Assembly: GCA_965140785.1 (NCBI GenBank)
Contig: OZ223484.1
Coordinates: 64,001 to 128,000 of the forward strand
DNA length: 64,000 nt
Direction of reading: 5' to 3'
DNA from: an uncultured Ruficoccus sp.
Lineage (GTDB): Bacteria; Verrucomicrobiota; Verrucomicrobiia; Opitutales; Cerasicoccaceae
In this document: positions 39,097 through 51,238 of the stretch, piece by piece
How positions within the stretch are numbered: position 1 is the first letter of the stretch
Layout: each line of letters opens with the position of its first letter
Notes under the pieces: model-generated
Told to the model about the DNA's origin: nothing
What the model saw: only the letters and a program-made list of their open reading frames with translations
Databases searched by the model: none
Translations under genes and position numbers: made by a program

Positions 39097-39693
39097 TTAC
39101 TGCGGGGGCTTGTTTTCGATCACCTTGTCCACAATCCCGTAGTCGCAGGCTTCCTGCGCGGTCATGTAGAAGTCACGGTCGGAGTCCTTGTTGATCTTGT
39201 CCTCGTTCTGGCCGGTGTGCTTGGCCAGGACGCCGTTGATGGTCTGGCGCCAGCGGAGGATTTCCTTGGCCGCGATCGAGATGTCCGAGGACTGGCCGGT
39301 GGCTCCGCCGGTGGGCTGGTGAATCATCACGCGGCTGTTGGGCAGCGCGTAGCGCTTACCCTCCGTACCCGCGGCCAGCAGGACGGTGCCCATGCTGGCA
39401 GCCATGCCCACGCAGTAGGTGACCACGTCGCAGTGCAGGAAGTTCATCGTGTCGTAGATGGCCATGCCGGCCGTGACACTGCCGCCGGGCGAGTTGATGT
39501 AGATGTGGATGTCCTTCTTGGGATCATCCATCTGCAAAAACAGAAGCTGGGCGACCACGGCGTTGGCCACCTCGTCGTAAATCGGCGTGCCGATAAAGAC
39601 GATGCGGTCCCGCAGCAGGCGGCTGTACACATCCCACTGACGTTCGGTGCGCCCGTCGCGCTCAACTATGGTTGGAACTGGATAATAACTCAT
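39097..39693 (-). CDS. clpP: ATP-dependent Clp protease proteolytic subunit
   Basis: [27 protein letters not shown]. Confidence 0.99.
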   Translation of the reverse strand: MSYYPVPTIVERDGRTERQWDVYSRLLRDRIVFIGTPIYDEVANAVVAQLLFLQMDDPKKDIHIYINSPGGSVTAGMAIYDTMNFLHCDVVTYCVGMAASMGTVLLAAGTEGKRYALPNSRVMIHQPTGGATGQSSDISIAAKEILRWRQTINGVLAKHTGQNEDKINKDSDRDFYMTAQEACDYGIVDKVIENKPPQ

Positions 39694-39724
39694 GCCCTAT
39701 ATTCGGATGCTGCCCCGGAGCGGA

Positions 39725-41062
39725 TCAATGCGAGTGCGAATGAGCCTCTTCGGGTTCGGTTTCCGTAACGGTAGCCTCGTTCACCAGGAAATCAAGCGCC
39801 TTGTTAATAAGGATATTCCGCTGCATCTCCACAACGCGCTGGCGGTCCTTCTGAAGTTCCTTGACCAGTTCGTCCGGTTTCATGCGGTTGGACATGGCCT
39901 CCATGTAAATGGCGCGGTTGAGGTCCTCGTTCTCGACCTTGAGGTCTTCCTTCTTGGCGACCTCGGAGAGCAGGAGCTGGGCCTTGACGCGGGCGCGGGC
40001 GGCTTCCTGGGCACCGTTGTAGAGCTCTTCCTTGCGCTCCTCGAACTGCTCCTGGGTCGCGCCCTGGGCCATGCTGCGCTGCATGAAGTCGCGCAGGAGG
40101 CTCTGGGTTTCGCTCTCCATCAGGCTCTCGGGCAGCGGGAAGTCCACCTTCTCGGACAGCTTGTCGGCGGCCTGCTGGCGCTTCTGCTGCTCGGCCGACT
40201 GCTCCTTCTGCGACTTAATGTCGTCGCGGATGCGGTTGTTAAATTCTTCCTCCGTCTCGACCTGGAAGGTCTTGAGGAACTCTTCGTTGATTTCGGGCAG
40301 GATCTTTTCGCGCACTTCGTGCACTTCGAGGTGGTAGGTCACGGTCTTGCCCTTGAGAGGTTCGAGCTCGTAGTCCTCGGGGAAGGTCTCGTCCTCGTCC
40401 TTCACATCCCCGGCCTTCATGCCAATGATGCCCTCGACGACGGCCTTGACGCCCGGACCGTGCTCGGCGCCAGCTTCCTCCCAGGTGTTCTTCTGGGTGC
40501 CGAAGATGGGCTGGTCGGGCACGAGTTCAGCCACCGGCTGGTCGCCGATCTTGCCCTCGTAGGAAACTTTGACGTAGTCGCCCTTCTTGGCGGGCTTTTC
40601 GACGACGTTGTACTCGGCGCGCTGGTTGAGGATGTGCTCCTTGGCGTGCTCAAGCTCGTGGTCGGTCACCTCGGACTTGGGCACGGAAATTTCCAGCCCC
40701 TTGTACTCGGGCAGCTCGAACTCGGGCTTGATGTCAAAAGTGAACTTGAGCTCGGTGTCGGCGTCCTCGAGGAACTCCGGGTCGGCCAGATCGACGAGGT
40801 TCAGCACGGTAAAGCCGCCGTCCTCGATGGCCTTCGAATAGGCTTCGCTGACGAGCTTCTGGCGGACCTCCTGCTGGATCTCCTTGCCATAGCGCTTCTT
40901 GACCATGTCCTTGGGAGCCTTACCGGGACGGAACCCGGGCAGGCGCGCCTGCTTAGTGAAGTCGCCCAAGAGGCTGACTTCCTTTTCGGCGATTTCGTCG
41001 CGGGTCACAGTGACCTTTACGAGCTTGCGGGTGTCGTTAATATCTTCGACTTGTATATTCAC
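39725..41062 (-). CDS. tig: Trigger factor
   Basis: PGFRPGKAP signature; tig-clpP-clpX gene order. Confidence 0.97.
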   Translation of the reverse strand: MNIQVEDINDTRKLVKVTVTRDEIAEKEVSLLGDFTKQARLPGFRPGKAPKDMVKKRYGKEIQQEVRQKLVSEAYSKAIEDGGFTVLNLVDLADPEFLEDADTELKFTFDIKPEFELPEYKGLEISVPKSEVTDHELEHAKEHILNQRAEYNVVEKPAKKGDYVKVSYEGKIGDQPVAELVPDQPIFGTQKNTWEEAGAEHGPGVKAVVEGIIGMKAGDVKDEDETFPEDYELEPLKGKTVTYHLEVHEVREKILPEINEEFLKTFQVETEEEFNNRIRDDIKSQKEQSAEQQKRQQAADKLSEKVDFPLPESLMESETQSLLRDFMQRSMAQGATQEQFEERKEELYNGAQEAARARVKAQLLLSEVAKKEDLKVENEDLNRAIYMEAMSNRMKPDELVKELQKDRQRVVEMQRNILINKALDFLVNEATVTETEPEEAHSHSH

Positions 41063-41165
41063 GGGATTTGCGGATCGTTGAGCAAAAGATGCCGGATATT
41101 GCCCAGCTTTGCCTCCGGGTCAAGGCCCGAGTACGATCCACCGCCCGCCAAATAATCCCACCACC

Positions 41166-42134
41166 ATGACACTATCCCATAAGCAGTTGAGCGCGTGGTA
41201 CCTGCAACTGGGCCAGATGCTGGAAGCGGGCATGACCCTCAGCGCCGCCCTGGAGACCGCCGCCGGTCCCCCGGCCCGCGACCGGCAGGCCATGGCCGCC
41301 CGCCTGAGCGCCGGCCAGAGCGTGGCCGACACCCTCCAGCACGCCCCCGACTGGCTCCCGAAGGCGGACCGGCTTTTTCTCCAGGCCGCCTCCCTCACCG
41401 GCCAGCTCCCCCAGACTCTCGTCAACCTATCCGAGCGCCACAAGCGCATCGGCGGCACCCAGATGAAGTGCCTGCTGGCCTGCCTCTACCCGCTGGCCGT
41501 GCTCCACTTCGGCATCCTCGCCCGCGCCATCCTCAAGCTGGTCGATGCCCACACCGGGCTCCAGTTCGACGCCCCGCTTTTCCTGAAAAACCTGCTCCTG
41601 CCGCTGGGCGTGCTGTGGGCGGTTATTTTCTTCGTGGTCTTTCTGGTCAAAACCGAGAGCCCGGTCATCGGCTTCGTGATGAAGTTTCTGCCCGGCCTGC
41701 GCGGCTACGGGCAGGGCCAGCGGCTGGCCGACCTGGCCTACGCGCTGAAAAGCTTCATCGAAACGGGCCTGCCCATCGGCGAAAGCTGGGCCGCCGCCGG
41801 TGCCATCACCGGTAATAAGCAACTGCGCCGCGCCGCCGAGGCCATCCGCGCGGCGATCAACCGCGGCGAGGCCCCCAGCCGCCACCTGGCCCGGCAGGGG
41901 TGTTTTCCGGCGGACTTCATCGCCCTGTACACCAGCGGCGAACAGAGCGGCCAGCTCGACAGCAGCCTTGCCGTCATCGGTCGCCGCTACCAGGACAAGG
42001 CCAACCTCGGCCTCGGCGTGGCCATGGTCATTTACCCGATGCTGCTTTTCCTCGTCATGGCGGTGGTCATCGCCACGCAGATCATCGGCTTCTACAGCGG
42101 CTACTTCGACCGGATCAACGAGATCATGCCGTAA
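41166..42134 (+). CDS. Type II secretion system F / PilC family protein
   Basis: Two T2SSF repeats (LGQMLEAG...TGQLPQTL; FIETGLP...SGEQSGQLD) with TM helices. Confidence 0.85.
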   Translation: MTLSHKQLSAWYLQLGQMLEAGMTLSAALETAAGPPARDRQAMAARLSAGQSVADTLQHAPDWLPKADRLFLQAASLTGQLPQTLVNLSERHKRIGGTQMKCLLACLYPLAVLHFGILARAILKLVDAHTGLQFDAPLFLKNLLLPLGVLWAVIFFVVFLVKTESPVIGFVMKFLPGLRGYGQGQRLADLAYALKSFIETGLPIGESWAAAGAITGNKQLRRAAEAIRAAINRGEAPSRHLARQGCFPADFIALYTSGEQSGQLDSSLAVIGRRYQDKANLGLGVAMVIYPMLLFLVMAVVIATQIIGFYSGYFDRINEIMP

Positions 42135-42246
42135 GGGCCGTCATTGCCGTACCGCCGCCCAGACTAACGTGGTATTAGTGCATAGCTCCCAGCACCACTC
42201 TGTGTTCTCGGTACCCTCTGTGGTTATCCCATTTATTCCAAAGGTC

Positions 42247-43236
42247 CTAAAAGGTCGGCTCGGGCGCGGGTTTGGTCCCGGCGAGGGTGTCGATCCGCTC
42301 CATGACGTCGTCCGTGAGCAACGCCACGTCGTCCATCGCCTTGAGGTTTTCCTCCAGTTGAGGAACCTTGGACGCACCCATGATGGCCGTGCTTACGTGG
42401 GGGTTCTTCAAGCACCAGGCCAGAGCCATACGCGGCAGGGTGATGCCCAGCTCCCCGGCCAGATTCGCCAGGTCGGCCACCACCTTCGACTTTTCTTCAA
42501 AGCCTTCGTTCATGAGGCGCTCCTTGAGCCACTCCATCCCCTCCAGTGAAATCCGGGTGTCGCCGGGATCGCCTTCGAGGTACTTGCCCGAGAGCAGGCC
42601 CGAGGCCAGGGGCGACCAAATCGTGGTGCCCAGGCCGGGGCCCTCGTAAAGCGGCCCGTAATCGACCTCGACCCGTTCGCGGTGAAAAATATTGTACTGC
42701 GGCTGCTCCATCACCGGGGCATAGAGGCCGTGTTCGCGGGCGGCGGTATGGGCCAGCGCGATATCGCGGGCGCTCCACTCGGACGTGCCCCAGTAGAGCA
42801 CCTTGCCCTGGCGGATGAGGTCCGTCATCGCCGCCACCGTCTCGGCAATCGGCGTTTCGGCGTCCGGGCGGTGGCAGAAATACAGGTCCAGATAGTCCAC
42901 CCGCAGCCGCTTGAGGGCGGCGTGGCAGGCCTCGGTCACGTGCTTGCGGGAGAGACCGCGCAGGGTGGGTTTTTCGCCACCCCAGAAAACCTTGCTGGAG
43001 ACGCAGAAGCTTTCCCGCGCGAAGCCCAACTCGGCCAGCACCTTGCCCATGACCAGTTCGGCCTTGCCTCCGGCGTAGGCCTCGGCGTTGTCGAAGAAAT
43101 TCACGCCGCCGTCGTAGGCGGTCTTGAGCAGCGCCTTGGCTGTCCCATCGTCGATCTGCTGCCCAAAGGTCACCCAGGCCCCATAGGACAGCGCGCTCAC
43201 TTTCAACCCCGTTTTTCCCAGTCGGCGATATTCCAT
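42247..43236 (-). CDS. Aldo/keto reductase (Kv-beta-like)
   Basis: LGKTGLKVS, FDNAEAY, DLYFCHRPD, WGTSEW, WSPLASG. Confidence 0.95.
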   Translation of the reverse strand: MEYRRLGKTGLKVSALSYGAWVTFGQQIDDGTAKALLKTAYDGGVNFFDNAEAYAGGKAELVMGKVLAELGFARESFCVSSKVFWGGEKPTLRGLSRKHVTEACHAALKRLRVDYLDLYFCHRPDAETPIAETVAAMTDLIRQGKVLYWGTSEWSARDIALAHTAAREHGLYAPVMEQPQYNIFHRERVEVDYGPLYEGPGLGTTIWSPLASGLLSGKYLEGDPGDTRISLEGMEWLKERLMNEGFEEKSKVVADLANLAGELGITLPRMALAWCLKNPHVSTAIMGASKVPQLEENLKAMDDVALLTDDVMERIDTLAGTKPAPEPTF

Positions 43237-43337
43237 GCCTTTACCTTAGTAAAGGCGTGTCACGCAGGCCAGAAATAAAAGATGGCCTTACGATACTAAA
43301 TGGTTTACCTGAATAGATCACTAAAGGGGAAAACCCT

Positions 43338-43784
43338 ATGGAAGATATCCGCCTGCAACTGGCCTGCTGGGAGCGTGACCGCCTACACATCGAGGCGATT
43401 CGGTTCGCCGTTTACATGGCGGAAAAAGGGGACCCCGCCAGCCTGGCCGCAGACTACGAGGATACCCACTGCCGCCACGCCCTCGCCAGTGACCCCGAGG
43501 GGCGCCATGTCGCCACCGGTCGGCTGGAGCGCAACGGCAAGCTGAGCCGCGTCGTCGTCCTGCCCGAGTACCGCCAGCAACGCCTCGGGGACGCCGTCAT
43601 CCAGTTCCTCATCGCCCAGGCCCGCGAGATCGGGCTGGGTTCCGTTTACCTCCACAGCGAGGAGAGACATGTCCCCTTCCTCCACCGCCTGGGCTTTATG
43701 AAGACGGGTTCGCTCACCCCCACCGGCGACAAGCGCTGGCACAAGCTACAACTCGACCTCGCCCCTCAGCCGCCGAAGTCGTAA
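43338..43784 (+). CDS. GNAT family N-acetyltransferase
   Basis: ATGRL, VVLPEYRQQRLG, FLHRLGF. Confidence 0.85.
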   Translation: MEDIRLQLACWERDRLHIEAIRFAVYMAEKGDPASLAADYEDTHCRHALASDPEGRHVATGRLERNGKLSRVVVLPEYRQQRLGDAVIQFLIAQAREIGLGSVYLHSEERHVPFLHRLGFMKTGSLTPTGDKRWHKLQLDLAPQPPKS

Positions 43785-44065
43785 ACGACGAAGCGCTTGG
43801 CCACGCTGCCGATACAGGATTTGAGAAAGTCCACGTGCAGGGGATGGGTCTGGTAAGCCTCGGCGTCGGCCTCTGACTCGAAATCCATCGAAATCGCCAC
43901 GGTAAAGCTGTCGTCAGCCGCGCCGCGGGGATTCTCGACCGCCGGGCCGCAGCGGAAATTCTTCACACCGGGGATACCCGCCAGCGGTTCGAGCTTCTCC
44001 AGCAGCTTCTGGCGGTTCTCCTCCGCCGGCTGATCCGTCCAGAAAATAACAACGTGCGTAATCAT
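43766..44065 (-). CDS. Dabb family stress-responsive alpha/beta barrel protein
   Basis: MITHVVIFW, IPGV, YQTHPLH, VYDF. Confidence 0.87.
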   Translation of the reverse strand: MITHVVIFWTDQPAEENRQKLLEKLEPLAGIPGVKNFRCGPAVENPRGAADDSFTVAISMDFESEADAEAYQTHPLHVDFLKSCIGSVAKRFVVYDFGG

Positions 44066-44151
44066 GCCCGCAGCAAAACCCGCTCCCCCTCCCCTGGCAA
44101 GCCCCGGCTGGAGCAGGTCCGCCTGGACTAGGTCCGGCTGGACCAGCAATC

Positions 44152-44192
44152 AGGGGCTGCGCCCCCTGCGCCGCCAGAAAGGCGGCTACCCC
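44152..44192. repeat. REP-like double hairpin, copy 2
   Basis: Shares the exact 23-mer GCCGCCAGAAAGGCGGCTACCCC with 33708-33730. Confidence 0.75.
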
Positions 44193-44408
44193 GAGAGGAG
44201 TTAGCAGTTTGAGGTTTAATTAAGAGTCCCCAGATAGCGAATCCGTGAGCGATGAGGCATTGCCCAATAAAAATCGCCCGGAGACTCCCGCTCTGATAGG
44301 TGCGCACCCACCTATCACCCAAACTCATAACGCCCATCAGATTATTTCATAAATCCTTGACCCGTGGCCGGGCTTGCGGCATGCACTGATCCAGCCGCTT
44401 TGCGATGA

Positions 44409-44728
44409 TTGATACCCCCCGATCCCCACTCGCCGCGCGCGCGCCAACAGGCGCTGCTGCGGACCTACTGGCATAAAAACCTGCTGCTGATGGGCGGCTG
44501 TCTGACCGTCTGGGCTCTGGCCGGACTGGGCTGCGGCGTACTCTGGGCCGACTGGCTCAATCGCTGGAACCTCCCCGGCACCGGTTACCCGCTGGGCTTC
44601 TGGTTCGCCCACCAGGGGGCGATCATCATCTTTGTCCTGACGATCCTGGTCTATGCGCTGACCATGAACCGCCTCGACCGCCGCCACCACGAGGAGCTGG
44701 CCCGGCTCGCCACGGAAGGAGGCCCGCA

Positions 44729-44732
<4 letters not shown>
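44409..44732 (+). CDS. DUF4212 small membrane partner of an SSS transporter
   Basis: YW..N, PLGFWFAHQG, MNRLD; ATGA overlap with the symporter. Confidence 0.85.
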
Positions 44733-46618
<1,886 letters not shown>

Positions 46619-46632
46619 GCGGAGAGGAATAC

Positions 46633-46828
46633 GGCCACGAAGAGCACGAAGAAGACACAAAGTGCACAAAGCGAAAAAGCTTGAGTGATGGGCACAGATG
46701 GACCTGAAATAGTCTGCATCTATCTGTGGATTTGTGGATAAAAACAAATTCACATAAGGCTACGGTCCATAAGAACCGGTCGAAAAAAACTTCGTGCCCT
46801 TCGTGTCTTCTTGGTGTCCTTCGTGACC
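46633..46828. repeat. Long imperfect palindrome of periodic CAC(G/A)AAG units
   Basis: 46633-46671 pairs with 46790-46828 and encloses a CACAGAT/ATCTGTG hairpin. Confidence 0.8.
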
Positions 46829-46836
46829 TCTCCTCC

Positions 46837-49800
46837 TCAGGCCAACAGCCAGTGCCAGACTTTCACCGACAGGTCCTTGATGTCCTCAAGAATCAGGTAG
46901 AGCGCCGGCACCAGCAACAGCGTGATGAAGGTGGCGAAGATGATCCCGAAGCTCAGCGAAACCGCCATCGGAATCAGGAACTGCGCCTGCAGGCTCTTTT
47001 CCAAAAGGATCGGCGTCAGGCCGACGAAGGTCGTCAGAGAAGTCAACAGGATGGGCCGGAAACGCGCCGCGCCCGCTTCGCGGACGGCATCCCGCAGGGG
47101 CACGCCACGGCGGCGCTGTTGATTGATGTAGTCCACGAGCACGAGCGAGTCGTTCACCACCACGCCGGCCAGCGCCAGCATGCCGAAGAGCGACAGGCGG
47201 CTGATCGGCATCCCGCCGTCCCGGAACAATCCCATAAAGACGTGGCCGCCGACCGCCCCACACAGACCGAAGGGAATCACGCTCATCACGATCAAAGGCT
47301 GGAGGTAGCTTTTAAAGGGGATGGCCAACAGCGCGTAGATGGCGAAGAGCACGAGCACGGCGTTGCTCAGCAACACGGCGTTGGACTCGCGCACCTCGCG
47401 CGCCTCGCCCTCGAAGCTCGCCCGCAGCGTCGGGTACTTTTTTAAAAGCTCGGGCACGATCTCCTCCTGCAGTTCGCGGTTAACCGCCTCCAGGTCGATG
47501 CGCTCCTTGTCGGCGTCCGCATAGATGTTGACCACCCGCTCACGGTCCACCCGGGTGATGGCCGCATAGCCGCGCCCGAGTTCGGCCTCGGCCACCTCGG
47601 AGAAGGGCACCTCGCGCCCGTCAGGCGTGCGGATGCGCATGTCCTCCAGGTCGCCCAGCGAACGCCGCTCCTGCTCCGGGTAGCGCACCATCACGCGCAC
47701 ATCGTCGCGCCCGCGCTGGATGCGCTGCGCCTCCGCCCCGAAGAAAGCCTGCCGCACCTGGTTGCCCAGCTCGCCGCGCGAAAGACCGATCATCTCCGCG
47801 CTGGGTTTGATGTCCAACTTGATCTCCTTTTGCGAGTCGGCCAGGTTGTCGCGGATATCGTAAATCCCGTCGTAACGCGCCAGGATGTCCTTAAGGTCAT
47901 TGGCGAAAGCCCGCAGGTCGGCCAGCGAACCGCCCGAGACCTGCACGTCGATGGGCATGCCCTGCCCGCCCGCGGCCACGGCGTTGAAGGTCAGCTCCCG
48001 CACGCCAGGAATCACACCGACGGCTTCGCGCCAGCGGTTGGCCAGCTCCAGCGCCGAGTCATCCGGCGGGCGGTCTTCGGACTTGCGCAGCTCGATAATA
48101 ACCTCGCCGATGTTGCTGGAGACCGCGCTGCTCATGCCCCCGGCCGGTCCACCTGAAAAACTCGTCTGCCCGAGCGTGACCTTGATGTTCTCGACGGGAT
48201 TCTCGCGGCCCGCCTGCTCACTCTGAGCCATCGTCTGGCGTAGTGCTTCGCGGATACGGTCCAGTGCCGCCTCCGTACTTTTGGCCGCCGCGCCGTCCGG
48301 CAGCACGACCTTGACGGCGATATAGTCCGAGGGCACCGCCGGGAACTCCACCCGTTTGACCCAGCCCGCGATCATCAGCGCGATGGTCAGGATGAACAGC
48401 GCCAGAAAGGAGGACAGCGTCAGGTAGCGGTTCTTCAGGCACCAGCGAAGCACGGGGCGGTAATGAATGTCGATGTGCCGTTCCAGCCCGTCCGAGACTG
48501 TCCGCTGCATCCGCTGGAACCAGTTAATATTCTCGCGGTGGCGGTCGCCCACCTTACACAGCGACAAGTGGTAGGGCAGGATGAGTTTCGACTCCACCAG
48601 CGAAAACAGCAGCGTTGGAATGATGACCATGGGGATCGCGTACACGAACTTCCCCAGAAACCCCGGCAGGTCCAGCAGCGGCGTAAAAGCCACCGCCGTA
48701 GTCAGCACGGCGAAGGTCACCGGCACGCTCACCGCCTGGGTGCCGCGCACGGCGGACTCCACCCCCGGCCCCTCCCGCTGAAAGGTCGTAAACACGCTCT
48801 CGCCCACCACGATGGCATCATCCACCACGATCCCCAGCACGAGGATGAACCCGAAGAGCGAGATCAGGTTGAGCGAAACATCCAGCCACGGCATGACCAG
48901 AAACGTCCCCAAAAACGAAATCGGAATCCCCAGCGTGACCCATACCGCCAGCGACGGGCGCAAAAACAACGTCAGTACCACCAGCACCAGCACGAGCCCG
49001 ATGATGCCGTTCTCGATCAGCATGTTCAGCCGCCCCCACAGGTAGAACGAGCTGTCGCGCCAGTAGTCGATGTGCATGCCCGCCGGCAGCCGCTCCTGCT
49101 TGTCCTTCACGTAGCGCTGGACCTGGTCGGAAATCTCCAGCGGGCTCTGCGCGCCGACCTCGTACACCATCAGCATGACCGCGGGCTGGTCGTTAAAAAC
49201 CGTGAACAGGTCGGTATCCTCAAAACCGTCCACCACCGTGGCCACATCGCCGAGGCGGATGTGCGTGCCGTCGGGCGCGGTCAACAGGACAAGGTTCTCG
49301 AACTCCTCGCCCACATAGGCCTGGCCCATCGTGCGCAGGAGGATCTCGCCCCCGCCGGTTTTGATGCTGCCGCCGGGCAGGTCGAGCGAGGAGCGCCGCA
49401 CCGCCTGCACCACGTCCTCGAAGGTCAGCCCGTAGCGGCGTAGCGCATCCTCGGACACCTCGATCGCGATCTCGTAATCGCGGATACCGGAAATCTCCAC
49501 CTGCGTGATACCGGGCAGCATGAGCAGTTCGTCGCGCACCTCCTCGCCCAGGCGCTTGAGGTCCGCCTCGCCCGCCTGGCCATAAACCGCCACCGCAACC
49601 ACTTCGCGCTTGATCAGCATCTCCTCGACCACGGGCTTCTCTGTCTCCTCCGGGAAGGTGTCGATGGCATCGACGCGGACCTTGATGTCGTCGAGCAGCT
49701 TGCGGGCGTCGTAGTCGGTATCGACCTCCACATAAACCAAGCCCTGTCCCTCGATGGCGGACGAAGTGATCTTCTTGATCCCTTCCAGGTCCTGTATCCG

Positions 49801-50004
49801 TTCTTCGATACGTTTGACCACATTGGTCTCCACCTCCTCCGGCGCGGCTCCGCGGAAGGGCACCCGGATTGTAATCGTATCCAGCGAGAACTGCGGAAAG
49901 AGCTCGACCTTGGTCGAGAAAAACATCGAGGCCAGCCCGCCCACGCAGATGATGAGCATCAGCAGGTTGGCAGCAACACCGTTTCTGGCAAACCAGTTGA
50001 TCAT
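46837..50004 (-). CDS. RND efflux transporter permease subunit
   Basis: GIVVDDAIVVGE, GVVVNDSLV, RFRPILLTSLTT. Confidence 0.96.
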   Translation of the reverse strand: MINWFARNGVAANLLMLIICVGGLASMFFSTKVELFPQFSLDTITIRVPFRGAAPEEVETNVVKRIEERIQDLEGIKKITSSAIEGQGLVYVEVDTDYDARKLLDDIKVRVDAIDTFPEETEKPVVEEMLIKREVVAVAVYGQAGEADLKRLGEEVRDELLMLPGITQVEISGIRDYEIAIEVSEDALRRYGLTFEDVVQAVRRSSLDLPGGSIKTGGGEILLRTMGQAYVGEEFENLVLLTAPDGTHIRLGDVATVVDGFEDTDLFTVFNDQPAVMLMVYEVGAQSPLEISDQVQRYVKDKQERLPAGMHIDYWRDSSFYLWGRLNMLIENGIIGLVLVLVVLTLFLRPSLAVWVTLGIPISFLGTFLVMPWLDVSLNLISLFGFILVLGIVVDDAIVVGESVFTTFQREGPGVESAVRGTQAVSVPVTFAVLTTAVAFTPLLDLPGFLGKFVYAIPMVIIPTLLFSLVESKLILPYHLSLCKVGDRHRENINWFQRMQRTVSDGLERHIDIHYRPVLRWCLKNRYLTLSSFLALFILTIALMIAGWVKRVEFPAVPSDYIAVKVVLPDGAAAKSTEAALDRIREALRQTMAQSEQAGRENPVENIKVTLGQTSFSGGPAGGMSSAVSSNIGEVIIELRKSEDRPPDDSALELANRWREAVGVIPGVRELTFNAVAAGGQGMPIDVQVSGGSLADLRAFANDLKDILARYDGIYDIRDNLADSQKEIKLDIKPSAEMIGLSRGELGNQVRQAFFGAEAQRIQRGRDDVRVMVRYPEQERRSLGDLEDMRIRTPDGREVPFSEVAEAELGRGYAAITRVDRERVVNIYADADKERIDLEAVNRELQEEIVPELLKKYPTLRASFEGEAREVRESNAVLLSNAVLVLFAIYALLAIPFKSYLQPLIVMSVIPFGLCGAVGGHVFMGLFRDGGMPISRLSLFGMLALAGVVVNDSLVLVDYINQQRRRGVPLRDAVREAGAARFRPILLTSLTTFVGLTPILLEKSLQAQFLIPMAVSLSFGIIFATFITLLLVPALYLILEDIKDLSVKVWHWLLA

Positions 50005-50011
50005 GGGTTTG

Positions 50012-51238
50012 TCATTGGTTATTGGTCATTGGCTTCCCACTTGCCACGGGAACCTCGTTCTTTTCCCCGGCTATATTCAGCGGCATCTTTTCAACGACAT
50101 ATTGTAGTGGTGTAATCACTACGCGCTCGCCCGGCTCCAGACCGCCGGTAATTATCGCGTGCGTACGGTCGCGCCAGGCGACTTGGACCGGGCGGCGTTC
50201 GAGTCGGTTGTCGGGGTTGGCGAGGAGGACGGTTTCGTTATCGACCAGAGCCGTGCGGGGGAGGCGGTAAACATTTTCCAGCGTGCGCCCCGCGATCTCG
50301 GCCTCGGTGAACATGCCCACCTTGAGCGGCGGGCGGTCCGGATGGGCGGGGTCGCGGCGGTAGGGCTCGTCCACCTGCGCGACCACATAGAGCAGGCGGC
50401 TGCGTGTATCCGCCGTCCCCTCGGAGCGGACAATGCGGCCCTTCCAGGCGTAATCCTGCCCGCCGAACTCCGCCGTCAGCACCACAGGCGGCCCCTCGGC
50501 CCCGGCCCCGTCGCGGAAAGCGAAGGGCAGGTCGAGGAACACCATCTCGTCGTCGCTGACGGGCAGGCGCACCTCGGCGGTATCGGTGCCGTAAACGCTG
50601 CCCACGACCGTGCCGGGGTTGCCGGTGACATGGCCACCCACGTCCACTCGCTGCTCGAGCACGCGCCCGTCGTAGGGAGCGCGGATCTGCGTGCGATCGA
50701 GGTCGCGCTGAGCGCGTTCGAGCGCCGCCTGCGCACTGAGGATGGCGGCCTTGGCCCGCTCGACCTGCGGCAGGTTCAGCGCCAGGTCGGTCGGCTCGCC
50801 GCGCCCGAGTTCCTCCCAGTCGAGCTTGGCCTGCTCGGCCAGCGCCTCTTCCTGAGCAAGGTTGACTTTGGCCTGGGCGAGATTGGCCGTGGCCTGGGCG
50901 AGGTTGGCCTCGTAGTCGGAGGGATCGATGGTGACGAGCACCTCGTCTTTTTCGACAAATCCGCCGGGACGGAAGTTGGGCGAAATCTCCAGAATGCGCC
51001 CCGAGACCTCGGCGGTGAGCGCCGTTTGGGTGGTCGCCTGCACCGTTCCCTGGGTGCGAATGGTCAGCGGAACCTCGCCCGGCTGCACCTCGATTACCTC
51101 GACCGTGGGCACGACCGGATCGGGCTTGCTGGTAACCGGCTCGGGCTTAAAATAGATCAGCAACTCCGCCACCACGAGGCTGATGACCAGCACGGCGATG
51201 GGCAGGATGACGGCGAAAAAAAGGCGGCGGGCTTTCAT
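50012..51238 (-). CDS. RND efflux periplasmic adaptor
   Basis: AEVSGRI, IRAPYDG, LKVGMF, GLEPGERVV. Confidence 0.95.
   Translation of the reverse strand: MKARRLFFAVILPIAVLVISLVVAELLIYFKPEPVTSKPDPVVPTVEVIEVQPGEVPLTIRTQGTVQATTQTALTAEVSGRILEISPNFRPGGFVEKDEVLVTIDPSDYEANLAQATANLAQAKVNLAQEEALAEQAKLDWEELGRGEPTDLALNLPQVERAKAAILSAQAALERAQRDLDRTQIRAPYDGRVLEQRVDVGGHVTGNPGTVVGSVYGTDTAEVRLPVSDDEMVFLDLPFAFRDGAGAEGPPVVLTAEFGGQDYAWKGRIVRSEGTADTRSRLLYVVAQVDEPYRRDPAHPDRPPLKVGMFTEAEIAGRTLENVYRLPRTALVDNETVLLANPDNRLERRPVQVAWRDRTHAIITGGLEPGERVVITPLQYVVEKMPLNIAGEKNEVPVASGKPMTNNQ

Noticed and set aside
39692..41155. Long antisense ORFs (also 1737-3332, 51379-52998, 56338-57741, 34554-35759)
   Set aside because: These are shadow frames of well-supported genes in high-GC DNA and have no recognisable motifs.
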